Shown: one piece after another, positions 63,498-64,000 of the stretch
Numbering within the stretch: the stretch's first letter is position 1
How the letters are laid out: each line of letters begins with the position of its first letter
NCBI GenBank assembly: GCA_000708835.1
Contig: DF236998.1
Span: 215,629-279,628, forward strand
DNA length: 64,000 nucleotides
Origin: Klebsormidium nitens
Taxonomy: Eukaryota > Plantae > Klebsormidiophyceae
Reading direction: 5' to 3'
Translations under genes and position numbers: made by a program
The notes under the pieces: generated by a model
The model's database searches: none
What the model was told of the DNA's origin: nothing
Seen by the model: the letters and a program-made list of their open reading frames with translations, nothing else

Positions 63498-63977
63498 GCA
63501 GACCAGAAGCCCAGAAGACCGGGATTCCAGTTCTTTTTCTATTATAGCAATCATGGTCCTAGAGATTTTTTAATTCGAAATTACTTGAAATCGTAGTCTT
63601 ATAGACTTTTGGTCTGCAGACCAGAAGCCCAGAAGACCTGGATTCCATGTCTTTTCTATTATAGCATTCATGGTCCCTGGAGATGTTCAAATCGAAATTA
63701 CTTGAAATCGTAGTCTTATAGACTTTTGGTCTGCAGACCAGAAGCCGAGAAGACCTGGATTCCAGGTCTTGTCTATTATAGCATTCATGGTCTCTAGAGA
63801 TGTTTAAATCGAAATTACTTGAAATCGTGGTCTTATAGACTTTTGGTCTGCAGACCAGAAGCCCAGAAGACCCGGATCCCAGGTCTTTTCTATTATAGCA
63901 ATCATGGTCCCTAGAGATTTTTGAAATCAAAAATACTTGGAATCGTGGTCTTATAGACTTTTGGTCTGCAGACCAGA
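63498..63977. repeat. Tandem array of ~117-118-bp units (4 full units plus a fragment), with the palindrome GGTCTGCAGACC at each unit junction
   Basis: gcagaccaga starts at 63498, 63616, 63733, 63850 and 63968. Confidence 0.95.
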
Positions 63978-64000
63978 GGTGTGACGGTTGGACAGGGTTT

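Larger units (their letters stand above)
57480..63977 (+). mobile_element. KDZ (Kyakuja-Dileera-Zisupton) DNA transposon; ends not defined
   Basis: Contains a KDZ-type transposase gene, its own TATA-like promoter, internal repeats and a downstream tandem array. No TIR or TSD was identified. Confidence 0.8.

Noticed and set aside
63559-63930. 123-aa minus-strand ORF with a 39-aa periodic repeat
   Set aside because: A by-product of a 117-bp (39-codon) unit lacking a stop in one frame. There is no independent coding evidence.

Overview
Eukaryotic, intron-rich nuclear DNA. Gene content (plant-type PYD1, chloroplast NdhT, an expansin-like gene) and TTTTAGGG-like tracts suggest a streptophyte alga, Klebsormidium-like; this is inference. 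By hand-splicing at GT/GC-AG boundaries I reconstructed nine host genes in order: an RI-like LRR protein (+, 5' end probably outside the window), a GFA/CENP-V-family zinc protein (+), dihydropyrimidine dehydrogenase PYD1 (-), RCC2-like (+), the J-protein NdhT/CRRJ (-), DNA polymerase eta (+), Hsp70-interacting protein HIP (-), an expansin-like secreted protein (+) and NDUFAF6 (-). There is also a possible decayed trypsin-like peptidase gene. The last ~6.5 kb hold a 7-exon Kyakuja-Dileera-Zisupton (KDZ) transposase carrying a single nonsense codon, followed by a palindrome-bearing ~117-bp tandem array. The most striking unexplained pattern: four unrelated genes (five junctions) carry degenerate tandem copies of their own exon/intron junctions inside the adjacent intron. 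Many copies keep the GT or AG and so act as potential decoy splice sites. Family assignments rest on motifs recalled from memory; no searches were run.
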